DNA from: Octopus bimaculoides
Taxonomy: Eukaryota
Assembly: GCF_001194135.2 (NCBI RefSeq)
Contig: NC_068992.1
Location: 9,152,466 to 9,190,250, forward strand
DNA: 37,785 nucleotides
Direction of reading: 5' to 3'
Below the pieces are notes generated by a model, which saw only the letters and a list, made by a program, of their open reading frames with translations, was not told where the DNA came from and did not search any database. This document shows positions 1 through 9,564 of this stretch, piece after piece. A program made the position numbers and the translations under genes. Positions within the stretch are counted from its first letter, which is position 1; each line of letters starts with the position of its first letter.

Positions 1-568
1 TCTACACAGTGTTTTACACCTAGTAGGCTGGGGTTTTTTTTCTGCTTTCGATAACGGGTCTTAAACTTTATATTGACCTTTAATTTGCAGTAGGACTCCA
101 ATCAATTAATTGGACCAATATATCGCAATTAATTTTTTACAACCCCTGGGTGGCACACTTGTGTAAGTTTGCCAAAAGCATTTAAGTAACCCAGAAGTAT
201 TAAATTTTTTAAAAAGTCATTAATTATAGGATGTGTTAATATATAAGGGTCAGCAGAGATAAAAAAAAACTCTTGTTTTCAACCGCCGCATTCTGTGTTG
301 GAAACAATATTTCGTTTCAGCGATGTTTTTACACATTTCCCATTTTTTAGAATTCTCCACATTTTACTATTTACTCAAATAAATAATATTGTTACACTGT
401 GAATAAGTTTTAATTTCACTATTAAGTATTTGTCTTATTTACGTGTTGCTATAAAAAAAATTATTTAGGGGTTCTATTATCCGAAAATTGCAAATATTCA
501 TAAAAAATAGTAAGTTTTGGTTATCGCTAAAATATTCGTCGTCGTTACGAAATCAGAAGAAAACCGCT

Positions 569-576
569 ACTTCCGG
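569..576 (-). promoter_or_regulatory. ETS/GABP-type motif CCGGAAGT upstream of PINK1
   Basis: acttccgg at 569-576, about 300 nt 5' of the ATG in a CpG-containing patch. Motif match only. Confidence 0.35.
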
Positions 577-877
577 TAGCCTCGCACTTTCAACACCTTA
601 CACATTATTTTAATTTTATTTGAAGCGTTATAATATTACAAGATTCATAATTAATCATAAACTTTTAAAATAAATATACTAAACACTTCATTACTCGTTT
701 TTATCAAAATTAAAATATATTGCGTAAAATAGTGACCTTATTTTGTAGACTAGCAGAGGTCACCTAAAGTTATGCACTTTACTTGATAAGAGCTGGTCTG
801 TATTTCCAGTGTGCTTCCACCTCATTAGGAGACCAAACTCTCTTTGTATATTCTGTTGAAGAGATTAGGGTGGAAAA

Positions 878-1261
878 ATGGCTTTTCGGGGCCTCTTCAG
901 ACATGTCTTAAATCTGAGAAATACTCTTCTTCATCAGAAATGCAGTTCAGTGTGGAGGTTTGGTAACTTCACACGATTAATACACCACAGACCCCTTGTG
1001 GTTTCCATCGCCTCTCAAAGCAGAACTGCTTTAACTCGATGGACACGTCGTTACTGTACCAAAAACATTGTGGCTGATCTGAGGCGTAGGGCAGCTCTGA
1101 GATTTTTGGGCCCAAATTTGGCCTCAAGATTTTCAAATGCACCTCGATTTTCTCGTCCTGGTTACCTTCCTACATTGGCTCTTGTAGGCTTCTCTTTTCT
1201 TAACAGACATCCTTATAACAACAGTCCCCAGCAATTGGGCGAAATTATCTCGGACTTACAG
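878..1261 (+). CDS. PINK1: PINK1 coding exon 1 (mitochondrial targeting sequence and TM-like segment)
   Basis: ATG at 878. Arg-rich, acid-poor N-terminus, then ADLRRRAA and PTLALVGFSF, resembling invertebrate PINK1 N-termini. Donor CAG|GTAAGT after 1261; 384 nt, ends phase 0. Confidence 0.9.
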
Positions 1262-2073
1262 GTAAGTTAAAGTTTTGTTCTTATTTTTATTTATCTATTT
1301 TGGTCCTCCTCACCGTTCAACGGGAGAAAGAGGCCGATAATCTTAATACTAATTATACCGAAAGTGTTAGCGACACTTGTTATTATAGGCTACGAGGCAG
1401 TAAATGTAAATATATTTATATATAAATGGTTATAATAATGGTATAATTTTTTTTTTCAACGTATAAGCAATCAATGAATGACATTGTTTTGGTTTCTGAT
1501 CAAAAACTGGGCGTGTAAAATATTGACACTTTACGACATTGTCAAAGATAGTCATGTCAATTAAGACAACCTCTCCTTTATTATATTTGATTGTTTTTCG
1601 AAAATTCCAATCCCCTCTCACCATGCTTTGTTTTTAATACTTTTCGAATACGTTTTAGGAGGCGATCGGATTTCCTCGTTTAAAATTCTGGAAAAAAAAA
1701 AAAAATTACCAAAATGTTGATGTAGATTGTTTACGATAATTTTGCATTTTCAATCTGCAATCATAAATCGAAAGAATTCTTTTTTAATAACCAAACTAAC
1801 GCTAATGACAAGTTTGCGGGTGAAAACGAAAGATGGGGTCCCCCCCCCCCCAAATTTCATTTATTTTTTTCTTTCCTTACAAAATTACTCCATTTCCGGA
1901 TCAAGATGTAAACATTAACGAAATACTCAGTATTTAGAAAAGGGATGAACTAGCAAACCAAAACCATAACAAGTACAGATTTTCTCGGTTAAATTAACGA
2001 TTTCAAAAAAGAAAAATTATTTTACTGCTGGGTCTCAGCCATAAGCCAGCATGTTTTGGAATATTTACACTTA

Positions 2074-2421
2074 CATCATCATCATCATCGTCGTCGTTTA
2101 ACGTCCTCTTTCCATGCTAGCATGGGTTGGACGATTTGACTGAGGACTGGTGAAACCAGATGGCTACACCAGGCTCCAATCTGATTTGGCAGAGTTTCTA
2201 CAGCTGGATGCCCTTCCTAACGCCAACCACTCAGAGAGTGTAGTGGGTGCTTTTTACGTGCCACCGGCACGAAGGTCAGTCAGGCGGTACTGGCAACAGC
2301 CATGCTCAAAATGGTGTATTTTACGTGCCAACTGCACAGGAGCCAGTTCGGCAGCACTGGCAACGATCTCGTTCAAATGTCTTTACACGTGCCAGGAAGG
2401 CGATGCTGGGCACAGGTGCCG
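2074..2421 (-). mobile_element. SINE-like family A copy 1, (GAT)n tail
   Basis: Homologous to 4281-4762 and 7760-7970; AGGAAGGGCATCC core on the minus strand and (CAT)n at 2074 on the plus strand. Confidence 0.85.
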
Positions 2422-2739
2422 TTGACGGTTTCGCTTTCCCCAAAATAAATTTTCAGAATTTTCCAAATAAAAATGACATTTGCAAAAATTGCATTTAGAA
2501 TTTGAATTCAAAGCATAAAGCCAGAAGAAATGCTGCCAAGCATTTTGTCCAACATGTCAGTGGTTCTGCCAGTCCATTATTTTCCATCAGCTTAATAATA
2601 AAGTAGTTTGGTTTCACACTTGACTGAAGCTCACAGGTAGAGTGTTTTGTTTAGAAAAAAAAAAATATGATGAAATAGATGAAGACTCATGTACTATGTA
2701 CTTTCTGTTACTATTCATTGGTGTCTTTGCTATTTGTAG

Positions 2740-2887
2740 ACATCGTATGAGAAAGAATCCTCTAAACCAGATCCATTGAAAGGAGTGAATGTTCCAAAGA
2801 GCTATTCAAACATTGAATTCTTGAAGTACATTGCTAAAGGGTGTAATGGAGCTGTATTTTCTGCTAAATGTCGTACAGAAGACAACG
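2740..2887 (+). CDS. PINK1: PINK1 coding exon 2 (Gly-rich loop)
   Basis: Acceptor tttgtag|, donor G|GTAAGT. Translates TSYEKE...YIAKGCNGAVFSAKCRTEDN, matching the PINK1 P-loop; 148 nt, phase 0 to 1. Confidence 0.92.
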
Positions 2888-2976
2888 GTAAGTATTTTTA
2901 CAATTGTTATATTATGCTTCTACTACTAAAACTTCTAGTATTTTAAAGTTCCAGTAATGAGACACAACCAACAAAT

Positions 2977-3042
2977 GACTGTTCCGTTGATTGGGTCAAC
3001 TGGAACCCTCGACGTCGTAAGCGACGGAGTGCCAACAACAGC
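2977..3042 (+). mobile_element. SINE 3' fragment
   Basis: gttccgttgattgggtcaactggaaccctcg...gacggagtgcc is homologous to 9778-9830. Confidence 0.6.
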
Positions 3043-3196
3043 AATTTTACTATAGTGTGATACTTCATTTTGAGATAGTATAATACATAATGTCAATTTA
3101 ATATAATTTCTAATGTTACTGTAGTGTAATTACATAATATTGGTTTCATGTAATTCATAATGGTCTTGTACTTTTGTAATTTTTTTTTCTTGACAG

Positions 3197-3253
3197 AAAG
3201 TGATATTTCCAACTTGAGTGAGTCTCGTTTGGATGAGAACCAAAACCAAGATG
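3197..3253 (+). CDS. PINK1: PINK1 coding exon 3 (insert-1 region, 57 nt)
   Basis: Acceptor ttttcttgacag|, donor G|GTAAGG. Open symmetric phase-1 frame ESDISNLSESRLDENQNQD. No homology support because insert 1 is variable. Confidence 0.7.
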
Positions 3254-3591
3254 GTAAGGACAGTCTTTTATACAAGATGTTTTCTTCTTTTCTCCTCTTA
3301 GCACTATGGAACTTTTCCTTATTTTTCTCAGTCCCCATTGATCTTCTTTTCACTTGCACATATACGACTGCATCCACACATACAAACAACTGTTTGTCAA
3401 AATGCCATACATACACTTAGAAAATATAATCACACACACACACACACACAAGTTGCTCTCCTGTCAATGATAATTCCTGTACTATGTGTGTGAGTGTGTG
3501 TGTATATATATGTATATATACAGCACTGTAATTGACTGTATGTACATGTGTATATCACAGTAGCTGAAAATAGAATGTTAAATTGACTCAG

Positions 3592-3690
3592 TTATAAAAA
3601 TCAGTTCCAACCATATTAAATGCAGATGTTTTTCTGAGTGTGGCAGAAAAATTTCTAGAGCAACAAAGAAGAAATGGAATTCTAATGAAG
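3592..3690 (+). CDS. PINK1: Candidate optional PINK1 insert-1 exon (start 3592 or 3661)
   Basis: Strong donor AAG|GTGAGT after 3690. Frame-preserving acceptors give 99 nt (3592) or 30 nt (3661), both open, but their polypyrimidine tracts are weak. Confidence 0.35.
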
Positions 3691-3756
3691 GTGAGTCAGA
3701 AAGTTATACAATTTATATTTGCATAACGTACTGACTCACCTTTATATAAGGTATGC

Positions 3757-3787
<31 letters not shown>

Positions 3788-4014
3788 GTCCAGTAATGAT
3801 TCAGTAATGGCAGTTGGTACTTTCTGTTATCTAGATAATGTAATCAGTGTGAATGTGTGTGTGTGTGTGTAATTTGAGTAAAGATGGTTAAATAAGAGAC
3901 CAACTGGAACATCCAGGCATGCATGAAAATGTACAACTACATACAGAGGCATATATCAACATATTGGGGTTTATTTTTGTTTTTCTTTTTACAATTTATA
4001 TTTTATATTTCTAG

Positions 4015-4171
4015 GTGCTTGTAGCCAAAACAGTCAGGAAAATGAGGAACTTGTCATCAAATGCCTGTTTAATTACTATGTGGAAAGTAATTATAATGAA
4101 CTGATAAAAAAGTTTTGGAATGAAGCTATTCCAAGTCTTCGTATCAGTGGACAAGATGATATATCTGATAG
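4015..4171 (+). CDS. PINK1: PINK1 exon with catalytic Lys and alphaC
   Basis: Acceptor tatttctag|, donor AG|GTAAAA. ELVIKCLFNYYVESNYNELIKKFWNEAIP matches the PINK1 LAIKMMFNY..QSN...E..P segment; phase 1 to 2. Confidence 0.93.
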
Positions 4172-4280
4172 GTAAAAGTTTAATCTTTTAACAATATGTG
4201 TGTGTCTGTAATGTGAAAATCACTTTTTGTCACAGTAACGAGTGTTTTCTAGACTGTTTTCTATTTGTACAATGACCTCT

Positions 4281-4762
4281 TGAGCCATACTCGATGACTG
4301 ACACCTGCGCCAGTGGAGCACTAACAGCACTGTCCGAGCGTGTTCATTGCCAGAGCACCTGTCTGGCTTCCATGCTAGTGGCCGGTAAATTGCACCATTT
4401 GAGCATAATCGTTACCAGCGTCGCCTTCTAGCACCTGTGCTGGTGGCACGTTAGGAAATCATTCGAGCGAGGTCATTGCCAGTGCCGCTGGACTGGCTCC
4501 TGTGCAGGTGGCATGTAAAAAAAACACCCTTTTGAGCATGGCCGTTGTCAGTATCATGTGACTGGCCCTCGTGCTGGTCGCACATAAAAACACCCACTAC
4601 ACTCTCAGAGTGGTTGGTGTTAGGAAGGGCATCCAGCTGTAGAAACTCTGCCAAATCAGATTGGAGCCTGGTGCAGCCTTCTGGCTTGCCAGTCCTCAGT
4701 CAAATCGTCCAACCCATGCTAGTATGGAAAGCAGACGTTAAACGATGATGATGATGATGATG
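4281..4762 (+). mobile_element. SINE-like family A copy 2 with 9-bp target site duplication
   Basis: ATGACCTCT at 4272-4280 and 4763-4771; (GAT)n tail; internal 65-nt modules. Confidence 0.88.
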
Positions 4763-5039
4763 ATGACCTCTGTATCTCTGAACAAACTAGCTGTATACCT
4801 AGTTTACTTGTATGTTATATCTTACATATAAAAATACCTCCTCATATCTGTCCCTCATTTTCATGAAAGAATGATTCATTGATTCTGAAAGAATGGAAGG
4901 CCTAACTGACTGAAGCAGAATTTGAACTTAAAACGTAGGAAATCAAATACTGTGTAGCACTTTACACCAGTGTTCTTTATTTTTTGTCAATCCAAATTCT
5001 CAGTAAGAATAAGGAAGTGAAATAAAATAATCTATTCAA

Positions 5040-5255
5040 CCCCTTAGCTTTCAGATTACTCTGTCAAATGTAATGCTTGTTTATTCTCATTCTTTTGAAT
5101 TGGCCATGGATTACCTTGAAGTTTCGAGACTTCGATGATGTGGCTGCTTATTTTTAGAATGACATTGTAGGGTAAGTGTGAGAGGCTGGATCTGTCCATT
5201 TTTAATATGAAACAGAATATTCGAGCCAGAGAAAGTTAGTTTAAATGCTAAAGGG
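5040..5255. mobile_element. MITE with CCC...GGG ends (piggyBac-type, degenerate TTAA flanks)
   Basis: Left CCCCTTAGC, right GCTAAAGGG; flanks TCAA and ATAG. Confidence 0.55.
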
Positions 5256-5299
5256 ATAGGGAAAATATTTTGACCTGAAATTCTTATTTTATTTTCCAG

Positions 5300-5476
5300 T
5301 GATCTTGTGAAAAGCAGACTACCTCCACATCCCAACATTGTGACCATATACAATGTATTCCATGGGAGTCTTCCTGACTTACCTGAATCTGTTGAGAACT
5401 TTAAATCTGCTTTGCCACAGAATCTGTATCCTGAGAGTTTCGGTCGAAGTATGACATTATGTCTGATAATGAAAAG
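5300..5476 (+). CDS. PINK1: PINK1 exon with insert 3 and hinge
   Basis: Acceptor attttccag|, donor AG|GTATTT. RLPPHPNIV...SALPQNLYPESFGRSMTLCLIMKR matches PINK1-specific insert 3; 177 nt, phase 2 to 2. Confidence 0.95.
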
Positions 5477-5710
5477 GTATTTTCATCATTTGTTTTCTAA
5501 TTAACAATTTGTAATCAAGCAAACAGGATCATTTGTGGTTTGCTCAAATTTTTTATTTGTGACTATTTATTTTCTCAACTTAAGACAGGTAAAAATTGAA
5601 TGATTTACATGTGTTACTGATAACACTTCTTTTTTTTTTTTTTTTAACTTAACTATTTCACATTTTATGTGCTTTTTATAAATCTTTAAGCCTATTATAT
5701 TGTCATTTCA

Positions 5711-5919
5711 CCCTTCTGATACCAAACTGCTTGAAAGTATCTTTGGTTCTTTAATGCAAATTCCCTGTTTTAAAGTGATTTAAATTAAAATTTCATACTA
5801 ATATATATTCTAAACATCAGCTTTATAACGACAAAGTTGTGTTATTAAATTCTTTGTTATTTTCAAAATTAATTGACACAAACACAGTGTATCTTAACAT
5901 AAATATGGTAACAAAAGGG
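5711..5919. mobile_element. MITE with CCC...GGG ends (piggyBac-type)
   Basis: CCCTTCTGATACCA versus TGGTAACAAAAGGG (12/14 inverted match); flanks TTCA and CTAA are each one change from TTAA. Confidence 0.65.
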
Positions 5920-6229
5920 CTAAACATATACAGTGTTTATTTTCCTAAACCTTATTTGAGTTTATTTTATCATAATATTTAGCACAATTTCATCACCACA
6001 ATGAATCACGAGGAAGTATCATTTAACTTACTAAAAATTGTAGCCAAATCTTCCTCAAATTGAAACTCTGAATGCTAAACGGTCAAACTGATGTTTTGCA
6101 GATGTAAATAATAAATATTTTTTGAATTATGTTCTTTCTTTAAAGATGATGTAAATAGTGTAAAAAATAACAATATTATTAACAAGAATCTATCTCAGAT
6201 CTTTTTGTTTTTTCTTCTTGACTCACCAG

Positions 6230-6408
6230 ATATGAGATGACATTGAGTGATTATCTTCAAACCAAGAATCCTTCTATGCGAGTCAGAGTGATGTTGTTTA
6301 CGCAACTCTTGGAAGGTATTCGACACATGATTAAACACCAAGTGGCACACCGTGATCTCAAACCAAATAATATTCTTTTGGAAGATGTTCCATCGGATGA
6401 TTCTTCTG
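6230..6408 (+). CDS. PINK1: PINK1 exon with catalytic loop (HRD)
   Basis: Acceptor ctcaccag|, donor G|GTGAGG. YEMTLSDYL...QLLEGIRHM...VAHRDLKPNNILLE; 179 nt, phase 2 to 1. Confidence 0.95.
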
Positions 6409-6724
6409 GTGAGGGACAAAGAATCTCTTTTATTCAGTTTGGTCTTTTTTTCCCCCATTTTCTAAAATTCTATTTTCGTTGTAACATTTCAGTTGTGAGC
6501 TTTCCTGAAATGCCAGTGTATAAGCAAAATCAAAGCACTTCAAATCAGCTGCAATGAGGTTGCTATAATTGTTTAAAATCTTAGAAAGGTGGTACTCCAG
6601 CATGGCTACAGTCCAATGAATGAAACTAACGAAAGACTGATTTCAGTTGGATTATTTTCTCTTTGTCTCTGTGAATAGAAAAAAAAAAAGCGATTTATTT
6701 TCTTCTTTTTAATTTTGTTTTTAG

Positions 6725-6843
6725 ATGCTTGTCCTCATCTTGTTATCTCGGATTTTGGTTGTTGTTTTGCTGGAAAATCTTCTGGAATGATGGTACCATA
6801 CGATTGTGCAAAGGATGGGAATGCTGCGTTCCAGGCTCCAGAG
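6725..6843 (+). CDS. PINK1: PINK1 exon with DFG to APE activation segment
   Basis: Acceptor ttttgtttttag|, donor GAG|[20 protein letters not shown]...GNAAFQAPE; DFGCC is PINK1-typical; 119 nt, phase 1 to 0. Confidence 0.95.
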
Positions 6844-6869
6844 GTTTGTTATCTCACATTTTGAATATG

Positions 6870-7090
6870 GTGTGACTGTGTGATAAAAAGTTTGCTTCCC
6901 AGTAAAAGAATTAAACAAGTAAAAGAACAAAAGAATATGTGTGTGTGTGTGACTTTTTATTTTGACATCACTTGATTGTTGTGAATGAATGCCACCATCG
7001 TGCATGTAGCATCCTTCATTCTCAATCTTCCATGAAAACACATCTGATTATGGGGAAAATATTACCTTGGAAACAAATGAGGATTGTAGA
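6870..7090 (+). mobile_element. Degraded compound SINE (family B head, (TG)n, 3' module)
   Basis: tgtgactgtgtgataaaaagtttgcttccc head, and a 3' part similar to 21050-21190. Confidence 0.5.
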
Positions 7091-7235
7091 AAATGCACTT
7101 CAACAAAATTTCCTCCAACTCAGGCAAACACGGAAAAGTGGACTTAAAAACAATAATATATATTTTACCCAATACCTATCAGAGGCTACTCTGTGTTAAA
7201 AGTAACAGTGCATTTATGATCTCTTCTTTTAAAAG

Positions 7236-7371
7236 GTATCTCATGCGAAATCTCATGAACTGATTGATTGTTCTAAAGTTGATCTTTGGGCAGCCGGAAT
7301 CTTGGCATTTGAAATCTTTGGCATTAAGGATTTGTTTGATGTGAGAACAAAAGAAAGGAAAGAATTTCCTG
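7236..7371 (+). CDS. PINK1: PINK1 exon with alphaF
   Basis: Acceptor ttcttttaaaag|, donor G|GTAAGT. LIDCSKVDLWAAGILAFEIFG matches PINK1 IDYSKADAWAVG.IAYEIFG; 136 nt, phase 0 to 1. Confidence 0.92.
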
Positions 7372-7505
7372 GTAAGTGTCTGAATTTTAAATTCTATTTA
7401 GTATTTTTGAAGTGAAAGCCTTTTTTTCTGTTTTTTTTTTTTCTATTTCACAATCCAAGCTGCCAAAAACGTCTGTCAGTTGAAACTAATCAGCAACACT
7501 ACCAT

Positions 7506-7603
7506 NNNNNNNNNNNNNNNNNNNNNNNNNNNNNNNNNNNNNNNNNNNNNNNNNNNNNNNNNNNNNNNNNNNNNNNNNNNNNNNNNNNNNNNNNNNNNNN
7601 NNN
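7506..7603. other. Assembly gap
   Basis: N run. Confidence 1.
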
Positions 7604-7654
7604 TCATCTTCACTATCATCACCATAGTTGTTGTTTTTACTACTTTCAACATAG

Positions 7655-8035
7655 GTTCAGGTATAGCTGTGTAGTTAAAAAGTTTGCTTTGTAACCACAT
7701 AGTTTTGGGTTCAGTCTCATTGTGTGACACTTAGGGCAAGTGCCTTGTATTCCAGCTCTCATCATCATCATCATCATTGTTTAACGTCCGCTTTCCATGC
7801 TAGCATGGGTTGGACGATTTGACTGAGGACTGGCGAACCAGATGGCTACACCAGGCTCCAATCTGATTTGGCAGAGTTTCTACAGCTGGATGCCCTTCCT
7901 AACGCCAACCACTCAGAGAGTGTAGTGGGTGCTTATACGTGCCACCGGCACAAAGGCCAGTCAGGCGGTACCAGCTCTGTGTGCATAAAAGACTTGTGAG
8001 AGACTCTGTTGGACAGAAGCTGAATATATATATAT
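7655..8035 (+). mobile_element. Degraded CORE-type tRNA SINE (family B) interrupted by family A copy 3
   Basis: Head gtatagctgtgtagttaaaaagtttgc and core gacacttagggcaagtg match 36896-37010; sequence resumes after the 7971-7978 duplication. Confidence 0.7.
7760..7970 (-). mobile_element. SINE-like family A copy 3, 5'-truncated, 8-bp target site duplication
   Basis: CCAGCTCT at 7752-7759 and 7971-7978; near-identical to the 3' part of copy 1. Confidence 0.88.
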
Positions 8036-8044
8036 ACACATATG

Positions 8045-8262
8045 CAGAGCTGTTTACTCATGAGACAAAATGCTTGGTGGCGTTTTTTCTGGCTCTTTAC
8101 ATTCAAAGTCCAAATACCACCAAAGGTCAACTTTATCTTTCATCCCTTTTGGGTCAATAAATCTTAGTTAAGTACTAGGTTTTCAGTGTAATCAATTTGC
8201 CCCTTACCTTCAAAATTGCTGGCCTTGTGCCAACATTAGAAGGGCTTGTACATAAGCATGCA
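8045..8262 (+). mobile_element. Degraded family C SINE
   Basis: ggtcaactttatctttcatcccttttgggtcaataaa is homologous to the core of 14321-14548. Confidence 0.6.
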
Positions 8263-8487
8263 GTTCAAAGTTTTCTTGCAGTGACCTATGCAGAAAACAT
8301 CTTAACTCCCAACCACTGCCATTACCTCAATGAAAGAACCTCTATGCAGTTGTCCCTTGACTTACCTCTATACATAATGGCCAAATTCCCTCACCACAAC
8401 CTTCCACCATCCCTCTGCCACTGCCCCCATCATTTACCTTTATTGGTGCCGTTTAATAATTGTTTCTTCTCTTTGGTCTCTTCATAG

Positions 8488-8549
8488 ATTTCATCCCACC
8501 TGTGATACAAAGAGTGATTGATGGCCTGATGATCAAAGACCCTGCTCAG
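8488..8549 (+). CDS. PINK1: PINK1 exon with alphaH
   Basis: Acceptor ctcttcatag|, donor CAG|GTAGAT. DFIPPVIQRVIDGLMIKDPAQ; 62 nt, phase 1 to 0. Confidence 0.88.
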
Positions 8550-9149
8550 GTAGATATAATCGATTACCTTATTAGTCACCTATTCATCTGTTGATATGCA
8601 GTTGTGTTCCTGTTTCTTTGTCATGGCTTAAGTTAGAAGAGGAAGTTGACCTTCCAGAACTTTTTGTAAGGATTCCCATGTTGATAGGAAACTATTATCC
8701 TCAGCTTAGGGGTCCTGACCATAATGCTTGTAACCCCACATTTAACTCAATGACAGGCTTCTCGTTTTTTTATAAAGTTCTTAATACAGATTTTATGAAG
8801 GGTTTTGACACTGGTATAACTGAGAATGGGAGAAGGGATAAAGAAATCTGGTTAGTCAAATAAGTGTTGTTGGCAGCTGATAGCAAATTCAGAAGAGCGG
8901 AGATCAGTTTGGCAACAGTATAAAAAAACGAAAGAAAATAGACATTGGACCATGTAGAGTGTTGTTGTCTAAAAGTTGTCAGATTTAATCTTTGCTGTTT
9001 GCATCTGGGGCTGCAACTGAAGCCTGAATGGGTTAAGAGGTTTATTTCACTGTCACGAGGTCCTGATTTCAATTTTAGTGCACAGCACTGGTCAAGTGTC
9101 TTCTACCATAACTCAAAACTTTGTGGGTGACATTGGCTAAATGGAAATC

Positions 9150-9468
9150 ATAATTGTCATTTGCAAATGAATATCAGTTGGTAGCCTGTACCATGCCTTC
9201 CCTAAGATTTTTAGGTGCCTATATGACTGTAAGCAGACATAGACACACTCTTGGTTCTCTCAGCCCTGACCCAGGGAGCATCCAGGATGTGACAGCTGGA
9301 GAGAGAAAGAGACAGTGTAACACCAGCATTTGGTTGTTAATCCCTTTCAGCAGAGTTGAATGGAGCAACATAAAATGAAGCGCATTTACACTAGACACTA
9401 CCTGTTCCAGGAATTGAACCAATGACTGTATAATCGCAAACCCAATACCTTAGTCACTAGGGCACATG
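9150..9468 (-). mobile_element. Degraded tRNA-derived SINE
   Basis: Minus-strand B-box-like ggttcaattcc near 9410-9420 and an A-box-like head near 9467. Confidence 0.45.
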
Positions 9469-9564
9469 TCAGTCAGCCTCTCTGCTTTGCTTTCTGAAAC
9501 TGGATTAAATTAATGTATCACTTAAAGCTTGCAAATTTAGATAAGTTTGTATGGAGGAGACAAA

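Noticed and set aside
1-560. Divergent gene or bidirectional promoter upstream of PINK1
   Set aside because: No exon or ORF evidence on the minus strand within the window.
878-1270. 130-aa ORF as a complete protein
   Set aside because: It is PINK1 exon 1 reading 9 nt into the intron past a perfect donor.
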